A stretch of 64,000 nt of DNA from Marsupella aquatica (Eukaryota; Plantae; Marchantiophyta): NCBI GenBank assembly GCA_973895155.1, contig OZ316899.1, positions 1,883,573-1,947,572 of the forward strand. Reading direction: 5' to 3'. The translations under genes and the position numbers were made by a program. Below, in pieces: positions 59,764 through 64,000 of the stretch (the stretch's first letter is position 1; each line of letters begins with the position of its first letter). A model generated the notes under the pieces. That model did no database searches and was not told the origin of the DNA. It worked only from the letters and a program-made list of their open reading frames with translations.

Positions 59764-62700
59764 ACGGATTGACTTCCACTGTCCAACATCTACTCAACAT
59801 TCGCTTTCCTCCACAAATCATCAATCGACCTCCAACTCAAAACCTGTCACCAATCACAGATCTGTACATCGATCGGGAAGCAGGCCGATCGGACAACAAC
59901 GATACAGGTCAAGATACCAATGATCTGTTCGATAACAACACACGATCCGAGCTACCACGAACCATCGACAACTCAATCAATCGAACTTCTGTCCGCACAG
60001 TCCGTACAACAGATTTCGAATGTGATCTTTCAATGTAATCTCCATACAATCGGCACAACGATCTCGGTCAACAATACCCCATCGATCCCGCACCGATCCG
60101 ATCACACACGTATGTCAAGCCAACGCACCTTGCACTACTCAAGGAATCCACGTTACACAAGCGGAGCTCACAGCCACCATAGCCACACTCAAGCTCCTCT
60201 CTCTCCAAGGCTCAACATTGAAAGATGACCTTTCAATGCCTCACAAGTGAGAAGTACCCTCTCACACAAACCTGATAGAACCTTATCGGCTCCAATAGCA
60301 CTCATACCAAACGTACATACTCTAATAGCACGATATACTACTACACTACTCAGAATGGTGTGACACAAGAGTTAATATGAGAGATCAACCTGGAGCTGGA
60401 AAAGACAGAGATTCTCCTGAGCAATCAGCCGACGTTGCTGAACTGGCTCTTGCAACTGTCAACCTAAGGACCAACTCCTCCACTCCTTCGAAGGCAGAGT
60501 CGAATCAGCAGCTTATTGATAAGTTGACATCTCTCCTCAGTTGCAGTAATGATGGACTATATGACGCTGTTAATAATTTGAGAATGGAGGCTGTTAGTTT
60601 GAGATCACCATTTCATGATCAGCTAAGTCCTGTCAGAATGACCTCTCCCCCAAGAGAACCAGCACCAATGGAGTTTGTGATCTGTACTCCTGTCACTGTA
60701 CACCCCCTCCCCTAGAAACAAGTGAGCCTATTCCAGTAACAGATAGTATCAGCTGTGTGGCCATTGTGGATGACTTGTTAGAACTACTACAGTGTGAACC
60801 TCGACAGATAGCATCTGTGGTCCGCAACTTGATCCAACAATGTCCAACTGCTAGTCCTACTCCTAGCCCAGGTTCGCAACCTTACAGCCCTGATTCCAAC
60901 TACAAACCCACAGAAGGACCCACCTACAATCGGTCACAATATGAGCACCCTTTTGACAGAAAAGATCTACCTGAAGACTCTGATCCACCCTCAGATGGTG
61001 AAACTTATAGATCTTATGATAATTCTCTTGAGTCATCCCCAAGGCAGGGATTTGAAGATGTTGATACTGCCTTAAGATCCAATCCAGACTTAGTAGCAGT
61101 TGTCACTTCATCTACTCAAACACCTCGGAATGCTACTATCGAAAGCAGGTACCCTAGACGTCCTGAGTCAGAAGTACACAGGTATGCCACCACTTGCAAA
61201 ATAATGCAGGCCAACAGACCACCGGTTGGAGAGTTCTGGAGATACTACTATCTAAAGAAGACTGAGGCAAGCTACATCTTTGATCTTAGGTGTCTTGGTA
61301 CTTCTAGAGTGGAAATGGCACAATTTGATGAGTTCTGGATTGACTCAATATACTTTCGGCCTATTCTTGCTATGATGCTACTCCAAGGTGATGTAGAGGT
61401 AGAGGATTCAGACTTAGTTCTGGCATACTTTGGAAACTTTGCAGCCTATGCCTTGGATTTTGTGGTTTCCTTCCTGATGCAGAGCAAGAAGTCTACTACT
61501 CTACAACACGATTACATACCACAAGGACCTAAGGTTACCCTTGTTTCAACCAGTACATTGGCTGAGAAACAGAGGATCTGGAATAATGTCACTTCTCAGA
61601 CTCTAGCTGAATTCAACCGATATTTCAGAGATGTCAGATGGAGACTTCGACCCTTCTATTCCAGGATGATGAGTAGTGATGAGTTCCTGTACCATTATTC
61701 CCAAGTATATGCTGCTACCTGCAACAACTATGATGTGATCAGGATGTACAGAGAAGCCCTTCGTATTGATTCATGTTATTTGATGAAGAGGATGCCTTTG
61801 ATGTATCCTGAGAGACAACTGAGATGCCTACCATACTCCAGAGGATCCCCACGCCAAGCTGAACTGATGGAGGTTACTCAGAACCGAGTTGTTACCCTTG
61901 TGGAGTTGCTGGAACCAGACGACATCCGACAGCAAGCTTGAAGAAGTCTTTAAGTGTTTTTAGTTAGTTTTTAGAGTAGTGCATCTTATCTGATTTTTAG
62001 AAATGCATTCTAGAGCTTTGGAAGCTGTCATACTTCTTTAGTGTATAGTCTGTACCTAGGAAAACCACCCGGCAAAATCTCAGAGTTTTCTGACTTATAG
62101 TTAGGAAGTTAAAAATAGTTGAATTCATCAAGTCTTTACTTTACCGCGATTACGAGTTACGACTTAGCTTTTACTAGTTACTAGTTTCCGATTACGAGTT
62201 CCGATAGACAGCCGATTACGAGTTAATAGTTACTAGTTACGAGTTCATACTTAGCCATTTTTCCGGCTTTTCACTTACTGAATCGCCATTTTAAAATTTT
62301 GAGGGGTATGAAGAGGCATGTCTCTTCGACCCTGTGACCTCTTACTCTGTAGATTTTTACTATAAGACCCCTCCACCACTAGTGTAGATTATGGTAAAGT
62401 TAAGCAATTTTTGCCTTTCCTTGGTGTTCTGCCAGTTGATCATGAATGTTAAGAGTTCGAGATCAAGCTTGACACCAGGAGAAGACTTTCCTCCTTCTTG
62501 TGGTTTAATCCTTTGAATAAATCATGGGAAGTAAAATTCCAGTTGTGTAAATCTTATGAGATCTGATGACAGATTCCTCTTTGGTGACTCATTACAATCT
62601 CCTGGGTTCTTCGAGTTAACTCACTGAGTTTAAGTCTTATTTGAAATTGATGGATTTTCTTTCATGTTATTTAGTACCATCTAAATGTTGAAGTAGCTAC

Positions 62701-63160
62701 CTTTTAGATCTTATCTGAGTACCACTTAGAAAGAAAGGATAAGACATGTTGACGGCATTTTAAAAGGTACTCTAGTAAGCAATTTAGATCTGAAAAGCAA
62801 TATGGATTTGTATCCTTAAGTCTTTTCATTTTGACTTATGTCTAAGGAGTAACCTTGGTCTATTCCAGACTCCCTTAGCATACTTTGAGGTATTTTCCTT
62901 GTGTTTTGTTAATCATTCCCTTTTCATTAATTTATTGTTACATGATGCTGAGTTGTCATTAAAAACCACTCACCGCTGTGGAGCGATCTTCAAAATACCT
63001 TAGTAAAGTAATCAATCCTGATTACTATGTGTTAAAGAGAGTTCTTAAACTCTCATTTGTGTTTTTATGTATCAAATCAACCCCATCTTGTTCTTTACGG
63101 GAACGAATACCGAGTTTGAAGACCTATAAATGTGTTTTTAGTTCTTCATAGCAAACTACA

Positions 63161-63452
63161 ATCTACAAAGAGGAATTCGAGGTGGCTCCTTATCGAATCC
63201 TCAAAAATCCTTCCCGAACGACAATGCGTGCTTTGATATTACCTCGTCTATCGATAAGCCTATGTCACTGACTTCACCCATGGAGACGTCCTTAGGGTCC
63301 ATTCTCCCTCTCCTCGACCTCGGGAAGGGCTGTGCAGATTCAGCTTCGGAAGTCGATAGGGACGCAATCGATCGAGTGACGTGACGGGTGTATACTGAAC
63401 CAGCAAACAAAGATTGAGAGGACTCAGAATGACCACCATCAGCCTCCCCCAT
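63161..63452 (-). pseudogene. N-terminal part of the ParB-like exon, separated from 39263 by the Gypsy insertion
   Basis: Joining across TSD ATCTA gives ...SFGKDF*GFDKEPPRIPLCR|LLPMEVVQTL in frame. The single TGA is compatible with CGA>TGA. Confidence 0.75.
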
Positions 63453-64000
63453 TCTCGTATCACCCAGCCAAAAGTTGCCGTGGAGAGCGACTCGACCAAA
63501 GGCACTGCCGGACGTGCCGTGCAGTTCTTGTCATGATCACGTCTCAAAATGTACGGGACCAATAAAGGACGCACATACGCACTTGACAAACCCATACAGT
63601 CCGAGGTCTGAGCGCGTAGACGGACTAAATTATCCCAAATGAGCGATCTCCACCTCGTATTAAGACACCGATACATTGGAACCAGCCATTCGATTACAAC
63701 GGTCCCAAGTACAGATGGCATTCTCCGATTGGACTTTCATCCCAGACAAAAGCAAAAAGGGTTCCGTGAACCTCAATCTACTATAATATTACCGTTGGAA
63801 AGTGACCGTTGGAACCACATCAGTGTCGGTAGTTATGGATAGCGGACAGTACTATCAACACAAGTGTCTATAAATTTTCCAATTTTGTGCAGGAGTCGAC
63901 AAGCCAACTTTAGTAGCGCTCGGCGCTAGTATCCAAATAAATGATGAAATTGGAGTCCAATGACAACAAACATGACCACATGAACCCATTCATTCAATGA

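Larger units (their letters stand above)
50774..60365 (-). mobile_element. Ty3/Gypsy retrotransposon encoding a C5 DNA methyltransferase; split-direct-repeat termini
   Basis: Termini TGTC...GACA. 4-bp TSD CAAG at 50770-50773 and 60366-60369, whose removal restores the host LTR ORF frame. Gag-PR-DNMT-RT-RH-INT-PHD in one frame. Confidence 0.92.
49932..61941 (+). pseudogene. About 800-codon ORF inside the LTR (env-like/Transposase_32-like N-terminal domain), split by the nested element
   Basis: 49932-50741 continues past one TGA as HPLHNVVYSP and, after removing 50774-60369, reads R-V-N-M in frame into 60377-60715. A frameshift in a C-run near 60700 leads into 60757-61941. A truncated copy is in the 5' LTR (39709-40194). 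Confidence 0.75.
39264..63160 (+). mobile_element. Athila-like Ty3/Gypsy LTR retrotransposon carrying a nested element in its 3' LTR
   Basis: LTRs TGTAAG...CTACA at 39264-41361 and 49487-63160. 5-bp TSD ATCTA at 39259-39263 and 63161-63165. PBS, gag-pol and PPT are present. The RT motif EIFIDDFCVYG and the Asp-type PBS are Athila-like. Confidence 0.95.
49487..63160 (+). repeat. 3' LTR (4078 bp net after removing the nested element)
   Basis: Starts TGTAAG after the PPT and ends CTACA before the TSD. Interrupted at 50774-60369. Confidence 0.93.
3151..63928. repeat. Dispersed 15-bp palindrome TAGCGCCNGGCGCTA (about 14 copies, some degenerate or partial)
   Basis: Copies start at 3151, 4848 (partial), 4914, 4990, 7292 (degenerate), 7355, 7500 (truncated), 18635, 18699, 19859, 19932, 37284, 38735 and 63914. 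All are non-coding or intronic, and none was seen inside the CACTA, Gypsy or LTR-like insertions. Confidence 0.9.

Noticed and set aside
63260-63721. F-box-like motif (YRCLNTRWRSLIW) upstream of the ParB exon
   Set aside because: The N-terminal LP..I/L part of the F-box is missing, so the evidence is too weak to call.

Overview
Eukaryotic (plant-type, GT-AG introns; most likely a non-seed streptophyte, which is an inference) heterochromatin-like block made almost entirely of nested transposable elements, with no convincing host gene. Removing insertions at their target-site duplications (TSDs) reconstructs the layers. (1) The oldest layer is a minus-strand, intron-containing Mutator-like element. 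It carries a MULE/GCM-like/SWIM transposase pseudogene (about 2.4-7.1 kb) and a ParB-like + beta-class N4/N6 DNA amino-methyltransferase-like fusion gene now split across 63.45-63.16, 39.26-36.88 and 20.33-19.24 kb. Its introns and flanks carry about 14 copies of the palindrome TAGCGCCNGGCGCTA. (2) A 16.5-kb CACTA element (20335-36882, TSD CCT) carries EDM2-like PHD, tandem BRCT and F-box-like cargo. (3) An Athila-like Ty3/Gypsy element (39264-63160, TSD ATCTA) has a 4-kb LTR containing an about 800-aa ORF. (4) Nested in that LTR is a Ty3/Gypsy element (50774-60365, TSD CAAG) whose polyprotein includes a C5 DNA methyltransferase and a C-terminal PHD finger, and whose termini are split direct repeats rather than ordinary LTRs. 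(5) A 4657-bp solo-LTR-like insert (TSD GAGCC) holds an uninterrupted 1219-codon ORF, inside a related LTR-like family present in two inverted copies. A MITE and a degenerate gag are also present. All domain calls come from motif recognition by eye and need HMM/structure confirmation.
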